A stretch of DNA of 64,000 nucleotides from Phallusia mammillata (Eukaryota): NCBI GenBank assembly GCA_965637545.1, contig OZ281497.1:13826001-13890000 (forward strand), in the 5' to 3' direction. Shown in pieces: positions 27,201 to 39,200 of the stretch (the first letter of the stretch is position 1; each line of letters opens with the position of its first letter). A program made the translations under genes and the position numbers. The notes under the pieces are model-generated. The model did no database searches and had not been told where the DNA came from. It saw only the letters and a program-made list of their open reading frames with translations.

Positions 27201-30200
27201 AAACTTCATCCAATCACAGAATTGCAACAGCGAGGTAATTTAAACCACGTATAGTTGTAGTTAACCTTTAACATCGCTGCTTTAATCTTGTTGGGACCGT
27301 TACATGACATTTTCCCATGGTGTTTGGTTGGTATGTACCCAGGTACGAACTTACGTTGCCAGATTCATTTTTACGTCTATGCTAAGCGGACTTAACAAGC
27401 GTAGAAAGGTGATCGTTTATTAAAAAAACTGATTACAGACCTGTCCATCCTGGACTGCATGGAGTTCATGGACATCGTGCAGTGAGACTTGTGGAATCGG
27501 TGTTCGTTCCCACTCACGTGACTGTCAGTTTGGCGTCATAGGCGAGATCGGCTGCATTGGTGAAGCAAGTGAAGAAGTCGACTGCGTTGAATCGGTAACA
27601 ACTAATCTTTCCTTTACTTTCTGCTAAAAGACTTACTAAATAACATCAATTTCATTTGTGTGATAGGATTGTGCATACTGGTCGAGTTGGAGCGAGTACG
27701 GATTCTGTAGTGAATCATGTGGAGGTGGAAGTCAGACGAGATACCGACGATGTGTGAACGGAAGATCTGGTGTTGATTGCGTTGGAAGTTCGGAGGAAAG
27801 CGCGGATTGTAATCAACAGGTCAGGACTTCGTCCCGTAATATTGTGTTTTTGTCCGTTTTTTTTTGTAGTTTATGCCACAATGCGAGTTACGTTAATGAT
27901 TTTTCTGGACTAACTTGTTTGATTTTAGTCAGCGGTAACTTTGTTACAGTGGTTCTGCCAAGAAATTGTGACGTCACACATAATTTGTACAATACTAATG
28001 ACGGAATTTCGGATGAAAGTAACATTATTCTAACTCACAAATCCTTTACATACAAAGTGGAGATTGTCTCCTCGGCGTGCAATTTTGTATCTTGTGTTTT
28101 AACTGTATTGTATTGTTTCACCATACAGTTGTGTGTGTCCTGGTCTGCATGGGAACAATGGTCGGAATGTTCGGAGACGTGTGGTGTAGGATCAGTTATA
28201 CGAATTCGTGAATGTATAAACGGTTTGGAAGGAGATGCAGGTTGCTATGGAAAATCCACAGCAACTCGCGACTGTTATATCCGGGTGAGTGAAATTTGTA
28301 TTCTATGTATCGCCATGATACTAAAGCAAAATAATTTCTATGCGTTTATTTCGAGTAATAAATCTGCTCTTTTGAAATGTTTGAAGTATTCACTAAACAA
28401 AAAGCGCACCATTTCCACTGCCAACTTGGTCTAGCGGGACGATTTGACTTTATTGGGTTTTTACTTGTATCACCAGTACATCCTTGTCTCAACTAGTCCG
28501 TTCTATAGTATGTACTTTAGAACAAAAATTACCTATGCTTTTTGTATGTTACGTCATGAATGTCACAGACGTTTAAAAGCAAGGGCTAGGTGTAAGCTGA
28601 AACAAAATCGAAAGTTAGGGTTTTGTATTTAAAAATTTGGTGTATATTGTAAACGTTTTGTAATTTTTTGCAGGCCTGTCCATATTATGGGGAGTGGAGC
28701 TTTTTCACGAGCTGCACAAATTCGTGTGGAGGTGGAAGCAAAACCAGGAGTCGGGTTTGCTTCAACTCTGAGGGACCGAATGATTGTGGTGGAGACCTCA
28801 CCGAAACTATTTCCTGTAATACTGGGGTAAGTCGAACCTAATACGTTTGTCATAAGGAGCAGTCAATAAAAAATGTGGAAAACACCAGGTAAAAATTCTA
28901 TTCAGCCAAGAAATAAGGCATCACTGTACTGTGCTTTCACCCAAAATTGCCTTTCAAAACACAGTGGTATTTGAATCCGTGATTTGTCTACTGATAAAGA
29001 TGTATTGCATAAGATATTTTGTATGCAGGTTTGCCCGTCATGGAGTGCATGGTCCGAGTACTCGGTCTGTTCAGAATCATGCGGTGGCGGATTGCAATCC
29101 AGAACAAGACGTTGTTTGAATGGAATTTACGGTGTGCTGGGATGCAGAGGAGTCAGAAAGGAATATGCAGCTTGTGGCGTTCAGGTACGTGATACTGTCC
29201 ATAGTTTTGTATTTATTAATGGTAGTTTTCTTTTTTCGTGCATGGTGTGAAAGTATACCGCTGAAAAAGTCTGTAATGATATTTTTTGTATTTGCAGGAG
29301 TGTCCGTCGTGGAGCTCGTGGGACAGCTGGTCTTCATGCAGTGTAACTTGTGGCATCGGAACCCGCTCACATTCGCGAGTTTGTATCAGTTCAGATGGAA
29401 GTGTTGGATGTGTGGGACCAAGTGAAGAAAAAGATCAATGTATTGTAGAGGTAAGTAAAAAATGTACCCAAAGGCAAATGGTCGCATTTTTTTCTTTTTT
29501 AGAGTAGACTTTCATTTTTTGGGATTTTTTTTACAGATTCGTGTACCTTTTCCCCGGTCGTTAAAATTGCAAAGAAATACATAATTTGTTATATATAGGT
29601 TTTGATTGTAAATAAAAATGAGTATCCTTTCCTTGTCAGACATGTCCATACTGGAGCACATGGGACAACTGGTCACAGTGTAATGCCAGATGTGATGGTG
29701 GAATTCAGTCGCGAGTTCGTTTCTGCGTCCATTCCGGATCCGAAGATTTCTTGTGTGAGGGAGAAAACGCTGAAACACGGGACTGCGGAACAGATGTAAG
29801 TTCGCAATCTCAACTTTTTAAGTGCTTATTATAAATATATATTGCGTTGCTAAAATAAAAAGCCTTTGCAGTTTACACAAGTAATGGATTTTCAATTTTT
29901 TTTCAATTAATGGAAACTTAAGCTCAACGTTTTTAAATATTTTGTACTTAATTTTGACCAAGTGACTTTCGTGCCACGATCCTAAATTGTAAAGAAATAA
30001 CTTTTGACAATAAAAAACCGAAACGAACCCGGTTTGAATTTTTGCAATTTGGAAAAAATTTACCTTTTTGCGATCCATTTAAACAATCATTTTTTGACCT
30101 ATATTTATCATTTATTGTGGTGTGATGAGAAATAACATTGGTATTGTTTTGTGCAGTTGTGTGCAATCTGGACTCCATACGGCAACTACTCTGCTTGCAG

Positions 30201-33200
30201 CCGATCTTGTGGTGGTGGAATTCGCACCAGATCTCGTACATGTAGAAATGGAAGTCCTGGAACGTTAGGATGCCCTGGAACAGCTGACGATGAAAGCTAC
30301 TGCAACCCTCAAGTAAGTCATTTTTAGAACGAATGTATACAAACTGTTGAGTAAAATCCCACATAATTAGAGAATAGTGTCATAATAATTCTATTCATGT
30401 ATTTTATATTACTCGGTTACTTAAAATTTATGTCTGCAAACTCAACTTAGGCGTTTTTCGTAGTTTGGTTTACAGGCAACGAATTATTTTTTCAGCCTTG
30501 CCCTTACTTTTCACCATGGAGCGCATGGAGGGATTGTACGAACACATGCGGCGGAGGAACCAGAACACGTACTCGAATTTGCGTGAACGGGTTCGTCGGA
30601 CAAGTTGGTTGTTTGGGATTCCTATCTGAAAGGGATAATTGCAACCAACAGGTAAATGTTTAGTAGCTTATATTTTTCAAGTTAGACTTTCAATTCACTT
30701 ATTGCTGTGAATAGGAATGTCCGACCTGGTCGAACTGGCAGCAGTGGGAGTCTTGCTCTCGAACTTGCGGAGGTGGAAGACAATTCCGACGAAGATCATG
30801 CAACAATGGATTGTATGGACAAATCGGTTGCCATGACGGACCGCTCAGTGAAGGAAGGCGATGCAACGAAGCTGTAAGTTAAAATAACTTTAGTAACACT
30901 TTTCTTAGCCACAGTTGCACAGATATTACACATTTTTGTTTGCGTCTTCTTTATCCGCCGTAACATATTAGTGTTTTAACACAAAAAATGTTGAATAACG
31001 TACGGCCCTTAATACATTAGCAACAACACAGACTTTGCATGTTCTTGGTTTAAACTTTAAATCCTCGTTAAGTGTGTTCAGTTTGAACAAGTGGTCCTGT
31101 TACCTATCGTTTGCCGTCACTAAGTAAAATAAATAGCTATTGCATTTTACACAGCCTTGCGAGATGTGGTCATCATGGGGAAATTGGGCAGAGTGCAGTG
31201 AAGAGTGTGGCAGAGGTGAAAGGTCACGTTTAAGGTCATGCGTAAATGGTGAAATCGGATTTGGTGCGTGCATCGGGAGAAGCGTTATCACTGAAATGTG
31301 CCAACAAGGGGTGAGTTTGCTAAATGAAAAATTACTATGGCTGAAGCGTGGAATTTATAATCGTTTGTCGACATAAATAACTTGATTGAATTTAACAACA
31401 AATTTCACGATTAACTTTAATTGTAGAATCTTGGTTTAAACTTTGCAGCGACGAATGCTTCTTAAGTTATCCTAACTATTTCTGGGTAATATTTGGACTA
31501 AACTATTTTTACCTGTTTTTTTTTTTTTCTTTTTAACATCCAACCACGAAACAAAGGCATTTGCTGTAGTTAGTAACGTCCTTTGTTTGCTTTTAGGATT
31601 GTGCATTCTGGGATGACTGGACTTCATGGAGCAATTGTCCAGTGTCATGTGGACGCGGATCTAGAATGCGAACAAGAAGTTGTCATAATGGTGTGGTTGG
31701 AGATTTTGGTTGCAGCGGAAATAATCTAATCGTGGAAACCTGTGCCGATGTGGTAAGGAAAAAAAATATTGCTAATTTTCTATTTTTTAGCTTCCGTTTC
31801 TATTTGGAAAAGTGTAGTGTGTTTTCCCTTTTGACTATCGAAAAGGTTGATTATTTTTTTTGTCGTAAAGCCTTTTTTGGCACTAGAAATTTACTATGAT
31901 CATTTCTATGTGTGTGTTTTTTGCAGCCATGTCCTAGGTGGAGTGAATACGGCAACTGGACCGCTTGTAGTTTGTCTTGTGGTATTGGAACTAGGTCCCA
32001 TTCAAGAATCTGTATCGATGGTATACCGGGTCAACTTGGCTGCATCGGTGCTTTATCTGAGCAGGAAGTTTGCTTTAACCGCGTAAGTTTTTTTTGTTTT
32101 GTTACATGGGACGTGTTTGGTTATTTTCGTCGATAATTTTTTTTCAATACAAATTAATACAATTTAGGACATGTTTTTAAAAGGTACGATGCACAAATTA
32201 TAAGTTTTTTAAAAATTTATAAATTTTCATTAAAATAGTTTAAAATGGGAAGGGTTATGCAAAAATACGGTAATATACTATTGACAATCGGTTGTAATTT
32301 TGCTAATACTTATATGACAAAACATAATGTGAAAAAAGAGAATCACCAAAATTTTTCGTACTTTAGCATTGTCCGACCATATCGAACTGGGGAAGATGGA
32401 CGGAGTGCTCAAGAACTTGCGGATCCGGAATTTCTTCGAGAATACGGCATTGCCTCAATGGAGTGTTTGGTGAACGTGGGTGTAGCGTTCCTGCACAAGA
32501 ATTCAGAGAATGTAGCACCAACGTAAGTTTGTCTTTGAACATGTCAACACAACTTGAGTCCATATTTTGTAAAAACACTACTCAATCGTTTTGGGTGATT
32601 TGTAAATACGCTATGCTTTTCAAAGTTTAATTAGACCGAGTTATCAAATTAAAATAAAGTATTGTAGAAATCACATTGAAAACTGTGAGACTCTAATGCC
32701 ATATTTAGTCTTTCATAACTTAACTTGCTTTAAACTTAAAATGGAAACTGAGCTTGTTAACTTTTTAGTCTTGCCCCATCTGGGAACTTTGGGGCTCGTG
32801 GTCGTCATGCAGCGTCGATTGTGGCGGAGGTGAAAGGTCACGAACTCGTCTTTGTGGCGGAGGTTTACCAGGGGATGACGGTTGCGACGGATCAGATCGT
32901 CAGACAAATATATGCAATCTTGATGTGAGTTTTCTTCTCTAAGATATCGTATACCAATCTCCCCTTAATCGAATTATTGTTAAGTATTTATAATGTGCTC
33001 GTAAAACCGGTTGTGTTGATTTCTTAATTATGCTATTTTTAGCCGTGTCCGTTATGGTCATCCTGGGGATCTTGGAGCGAATGCGATACTACATGTGGTA
33101 GAGGTGTACAGTCACACACTAGAACTTGTACAATCGAAGGAGCTTGTAATGGAGATTCCGTAGCTCTGCAGTCTTGTATCCGTGGAGTAAGTTTATCTGT

Positions 33201-36200
33201 TCATTGCCGATATTTTAATTGACAATATGTAGTTGCTTCTGAATGAAAATCCGAACAAAAATATTTTGTCTTTACAGAGTTGTGAATACTGGACTGAATG
33301 GAGCGAATGGAGCAGGTGCAGCCGACAATGTAACGGTGGTTTCCGTACACACATACGTACTTGTGTTAACGGTCTTCAAGGAGATAATGGATGTCAAGGT
33401 AGCAGCAGTGAACAAGAGGAGTGCAACTTTGTGGTAAGTAAAAATAGGAATACATAAACCGTTCATATCATATTGAAACAACTGTTTAGCTACTTAAACA
33501 TCTTTTATCTTTGCAGGACTGTCCGTTCTGGCAGAACTGGTCTAGTTGGACAAGTTGTACGGCTTCGTGTGGTGGAGGAACTCGCTCTCACAACAGAACG
33601 TGTGCTCTCGGCCAACCAGGGGATTTCGGATGTATCGGTCCAGTTTACGAAGAGCAATTCTGCGGTGGCGCGGTAAGTCATATACTATCAAACAGTATTT
33701 CATTTGTAAACACAAATCACTTTGACAGGCATGGTAGCCGTGCTAAGTAAATATCTCTACAGGTCTAAAGAAAACCTTAAGTTTGCACCGGGTCTGAATA
33801 TGCTTTCAGAATAATTTTGCCACATGATAATTTTTAGATGGCGACAATAATAAATTTATTCCAAATGTTTAGACATGTCCTAGCTGGTCATCTTGGAGTC
33901 GATGGAGTTTCTGCAGCAAGTCTTGCGAGTCTGGTGATAGAGTGAGAACGCGAAAATGCGTCGCAGGAAACATCGGTGACATCGGGTGCGAGGAAGGCGA
34001 TTTGTTCATAGAACCTTGCAACCTTCAGGTAAAGAAAATACACTGTACTTTGTAAAATTAAAGGCGACTATAAAAAGTAATTAAATAATACCCCGAAAGA
34101 ATATAAAGTTGTAAAGGTTAATCTTAGATACACTTCTTTTACTAAAGCAATTAAACTAAATAACAAAAACCCCTCGTTTTCATTCTTAGTTTTAGTAACC
34201 TTAACTGAACGTAATATTTTCCCACCAGCCGTGTCCAGCCTACCGTGACTGGAGCGAGTGGAGTTCTTGCTCGAAGACTTGTGGACGTGGATTACGTAGT
34301 CGATCGCGGTCGTGCTTTGCTGGTGACCTTCCTTCATTCTTCTGCTCTGGACTTAGTCGGGAAGAAGAGTTCTGCAACCAACAGGTCGGTAGACTGTCAA
34401 AAATAAAAGATTTTAAGTCTTTGGAGCGACATAACGTTTTGACAATCCTTATGTTATTCTCATATGAAATGTAAAACCCAAGGAAGTTAACCAGTAAAAA
34501 CAGCACAAGTTTTTCTGTAGCAATGTCCATTCTGGGATTTGTGGAGCCACTGGACTCCATGCGATATTACCTGCGGTCGTGGAACTTCCATCAGAACACG
34601 TCAGTGCGTAAACGGTGAAGTCAGCGAAATCGGATGTGTGGGTGACGTCACGGAGCAGCGAACTTGTATTCACGGAGTAAGTTTTATGTTTTGGTTTGAC
34701 AAAAAACATACAAAACGTAAAAACGCATTGAGTTCTCGTAACCTGGCGTTGAATGTTTTGCTGTGTGAGTGTTAATGAATATGTGAAAAAATGGCTAAAC
34801 TAAAAAGTAAAAGTAAAAAATAGAGTATTTCTATTAAGGCGTGTGTAGCTAAATTCGTATGTAAAAACGGCACAAACATACGATAAAGCAGAGATGTGAT
34901 TTCAGAACTGTCCATTCTGGACTGCATGGGACGATTGGGGACCGTGTGATAGGACTTGTGCAATTGGAAACCGTGTAAGATACAGGAAATGTATGAACGG
35001 CGGAGAAGGAGCAGTAACTGGATGTCAGGGTGGTGCAATGGAGAGAGGAGAATGCAACAATATTGTAAGTAAAGTATTTGAATTTATTTTCAAACTACAA
35101 AGGTATACTAAACTCGATTTTACACATCTAAATCCTAAATAAACAATGTTGTTATTAGTTGCGGAGTTCTTACGTGTTTCAGTTTCTTTGATTCAATAAG
35201 CAAACAAAATAAACATTACTTTTATGTAGCCTTGTCCGTTCTGGACTGATTACGGACCTCCTGGCTCTTGCTCTCATTCCTGTGGTGGTGGAACAGCAAG
35301 CCGCTCAAGAATTTGTGTAAATGGTGTTCCTGGTGAAGTTGGATGTTTGGGAAGTGAAGTGTTAGTGTCTCACTGCAACGTTCACGTAAGTTCTTGTTTG
35401 TCACCAGGGTTTAAATATTATTGCGATAAAGTTAACATAAACTAATCAGATTTATAATCCGTGTTCAGTCGCACTTCTCATTTAATTTGGATGAGATTCT
35501 AATCCAATCGTTGAAAGCGCAAACAGCTGCAGAATGTTTCAAACAATACACGGAAATTAATCGTTTGTAATGTTTTTGGGATTAGAAGGTGCTTTAAAAG
35601 TCAGCATCAGTTTAAAAGTCAACGAGACTTATTATAGTACTCCTAACAAACATGTTTCTATTTATTGCTCAGTTCGCCGTTTTTTCAAATTGATAAAATA
35701 TGAATTGTGCAAAAATGCCAACTTCAACTGTCTATATTTTCTGCCTGTTTTGATTTTTTTGTTTTTTGTAAAGACAATTGTGTTGAAGTGTTCGGATATT
35801 TAACTGACCGCTAATCCGTTTCTTCGCTGTTCAGACTTGTCCTTCGTGGTCTCGATGGGGAAGTTGGGGAAGCTGCGATGTGGTTTGTGGAGGTGGAAAC
35901 ATGAGAAGGTTCCGCGTATGTCTTTATGCACGGGACGGTGATGTTTGCTCTGGAAACAATGAAGAAATCGCTAGTTGTGGCGACGCGGTACGACATAATT
36001 TCGTGACATTGAACAATTTTTACAAACAGTACTTTTCAATTGCTTAACTCGTGTCCTGTAAATATTTGCAAATTAAAAACTTTAATACGGTTTTGTGATA
36101 AGACTGGTGATAACGCACTCAATCAATGGTGATGGTTAAACGTCACATCGAGGGACCTAGCTTCTACCAATTGAATCCAATCCTTTACTTTGTGTAAATT

Positions 36201-39200
36201 TTTTAAACAATAAAATTGGCATTATGCATAACTAATGCGTCAAGGTGTTGTAACAAAAATTGTGTTGGATTTAGACTTGCGCATCTTGGTCGTCTTGGGG
36301 ATCATGGAGTTCGTGTAGCAAGAGTTGTTCTGGTGGAACTCGAAGTCAACAGAGAGTCTGTGTTGGTGACGTCGGATCGTGTGACGGATCATACGAAAAC
36401 ACCGAAACTTGTAACACCGGAGTAAGTTTAAGATGAATGCACTAAAATACCTCATGTAAAATACCTCATGTTGAAAGAAAGTCTCAAGAGGCAAACAGAT
36501 TAAGTGTTTTTTCGGATATTGGAAGTTTTCAAAACATTAAAAAACGCACACATCGGGCCGTTGTGTTTAGCAGTAAAATTAATAAACTTGTTAATTACCA
36601 CGGCTGAAACTTTTCTCAAATATGTTTTGTTGAATATATAAAAAAATCAAAGTGTTTGAGCATATCTTGATCAAAGCTTCTAAGTATTTTATGTAATTAT
36701 CGACTTGTGTTTTACAAGCTACAATCGCCATTGTTTTAGAACTGTCCATCTTGGACGGACTGGACGTTGTGGACTGACTGTAGCAAGACCTGCGGAGTTG
36801 GCAAACAATCCCGACAACGTGGTTGTAACTTCGGTAACCCAGGACAACAAGGATGTATCGGCGATGTCAACGAAGAACAAAATTGCTTGGCTAAGGTGCG
36901 TGCGTTTCACCATTTTAATTGGAACCATTTCATATAAAACAGGATTGTACTTTTGTTTGCTGCCCTTGCAGTTTAAACTGTTATATGAATTATGTCAGCT
37001 GATCAAGATTACAGAGATTTCTTATGAATTTGATTAAAATAAACGAAATTTAAAAGAGACCCAACCGAAAATACATGTTACCCAACAAAATTGACGAAGG
37101 TCATAAAAATATTGGTCAATTTTCTTTTACTCTTGTTTCCCTTTGCACTGCATGCGGCTGCAATGTTTTTGAAACCGCCTTTTCTCAAGAAATGTTTACA
37201 ATTTTACGGTGACTTTCTAATCACAACCGATAATTACTTCGCGCGATCAAAACATTGATCAATAGCGCCCGCTCAATAAAGCCTGGGTTCTATGACCCAC
37301 GGCAATTTGCGAGCCAGTGTTGTGAAGGGATTTAGAAGGTTTAAAACTTCGCTTGTAAAAAAAACGGAAATATTTTTACTGTCCTTTGGAACTGTTTGTA
37401 ATGTTAGTATGTGCGCACTAGTTTAATCAGACCGCATCAGCAAACAGGTACATTCATCTGTACTTGCAAATGTAATTATTTTCGGCGTGTAATATACCTA
37501 CAAACTACAAACTTCAGCGCTTTTTAGGTGGATTTTCTGGTTACAACTCGTGAGCGTTTATACCTGCAATATTTGCGATTTTATACTCAGGTGTGTGCTT
37601 ACTGGGGAACCTGGGGTCCGTGGGCTCGTTGTACAGAGGCATGTGGCGTCGGAGTTCGAACTCACACACGAGAATGCATCAATGGTTCACCGGGAGATGT
37701 TGGATGTGAGGATAGCGATAGTGAAAGCACAAGTTGCGAGAATGCGGTGAGTGTCAAATGCCCTGTATTTTTGTTCGTGTAAAAATGACGGTAAATTTTT
37801 AGTTTGTATCCAGCCGTTTTTGCAACTGATGAGTTTATTCGTTGGTTTTTAGGGGTGACGCTTACTTAATATAAATTTTCAGTATGAATTCGACAAGTCG
37901 CTCGTTTTTTTATTTCGTAAATGCAATATTTGCGTTTTATAGATCGCCTTGCCATATTATTAACCTAACCACTTTTAACCTAAATTTAAAGGCAGTCGCA
38001 TTTTAACCGAGTATCACTGGAGAACACCATAATGTATTGTTGTTGGAGAGAGTAGTGAGCAAAAAAAGCCAGCTGATTGACTGTTATTTGTGTCTGTATA
38101 GCCTTGTAAAATCGAGTTTGAATGGTCACCATGGAGCAGTTGCACTAAGACTTGTGGCGTGGGAAAACGTTTCCGATCACGAGTGTGTGGAGGACCTCGC
38201 TCTGCTGAATGTGAAGATCTACCAGGACAAGAGGAAGTTTGCAACATCGTGGTATGCCCTGTTGAATAGAATTTTTCTTCTCTTCAAAATCAAATTAAAA
38301 TTGAACATTCCAACCCCTGTAATTTTAAAACTTTCTTTCGTTAAAAAACGGTTTTTCTGTGCCTAAATTTACCTTTTAACATACTAACCTTGTTTCTGTT
38401 TTGCAGTAACGCATTTAATGCTTGGATCTTACACTTGTGTTCTTCTATTCCATTGGAAAGAAGTTCCAACTAACATTTTCTCTTCATTAACCTTTACAAT
38501 ACAACGTTTGTTGTAGCACTAACAAGCTTTGTTTTACAGGATTTAAACACTAACCTTGTATTTTGATATGTGACATAATTGTATTAGTGCAAAAATCTTA
38601 ATCATATTTTTTACTATTTTAACTTGTTTTTTGTTTGTTTGTTAATTTTAACTGTATTTACTAACCATATTAACCCTTTTCTCCTTCTCTTCTTTTTTAC
38701 ACTTTCTTGCAGGTTAATTAACCCAATTTCAGATTAAACTATTTTTTGGTAGTTACCAATCAGTAAAATAAAAACACCTTTTTATTTGTTTTTTGATGAT
38801 ATGTTTACTATGTTTAATCTTTGACTAATTTCATTACTCTTAACCACACTAACCAAATCTTCTTTCCCAATAACCAAGATGTTTTTTCTTTGTTGTTTGA
38901 ATATGTTTTGCTTTTGAATACTTGTTGTTTGTTATTTGCTTTTAACATTTTGTAACGATAAGTTAATAACTAACTTATTATACTAACCACTAACCCTTTT
39001 TTCCTTTAACCAACTACTAACGTGTTTTTTTAATTAAGTAATTACCAATACTCCAATTAACTAATAAAGTGTGTTTAACCTAAAGTAACTCTCGTATATA
39101 AATTTTCTTATTTTTGGATTAATTGTTAAATTTAAATGCAAAACGTAGCACTTGAAAAAACTTACTCAACAATCAATTTGCAACACAGAGTTGCCCGTCG

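Noticed and set aside
3370-27819. NGR (isoDGR) and CSVTCG motifs as integrin or CD36 ligands
   Set aside because: These short motifs are expected by chance from the repeat consensus (NGx, CSxTCG), and no RGD was seen.
27754-28434. Longest ORF in the track (226 aa) as a stand-alone gene
   Set aside because: It is TSR exons 68 and 69 joined by a 309-nt intron that happens to lack stops in frame; good donor (gtcagg) and acceptor (atacag) sites are present.
38712-38718. Recursive splice site (AG|GT) at 38712
   Set aside because: The intron is under 1 kb and the regenerated donor GTTAAT is weak; it is noted only as part of the stacked-acceptor finding.
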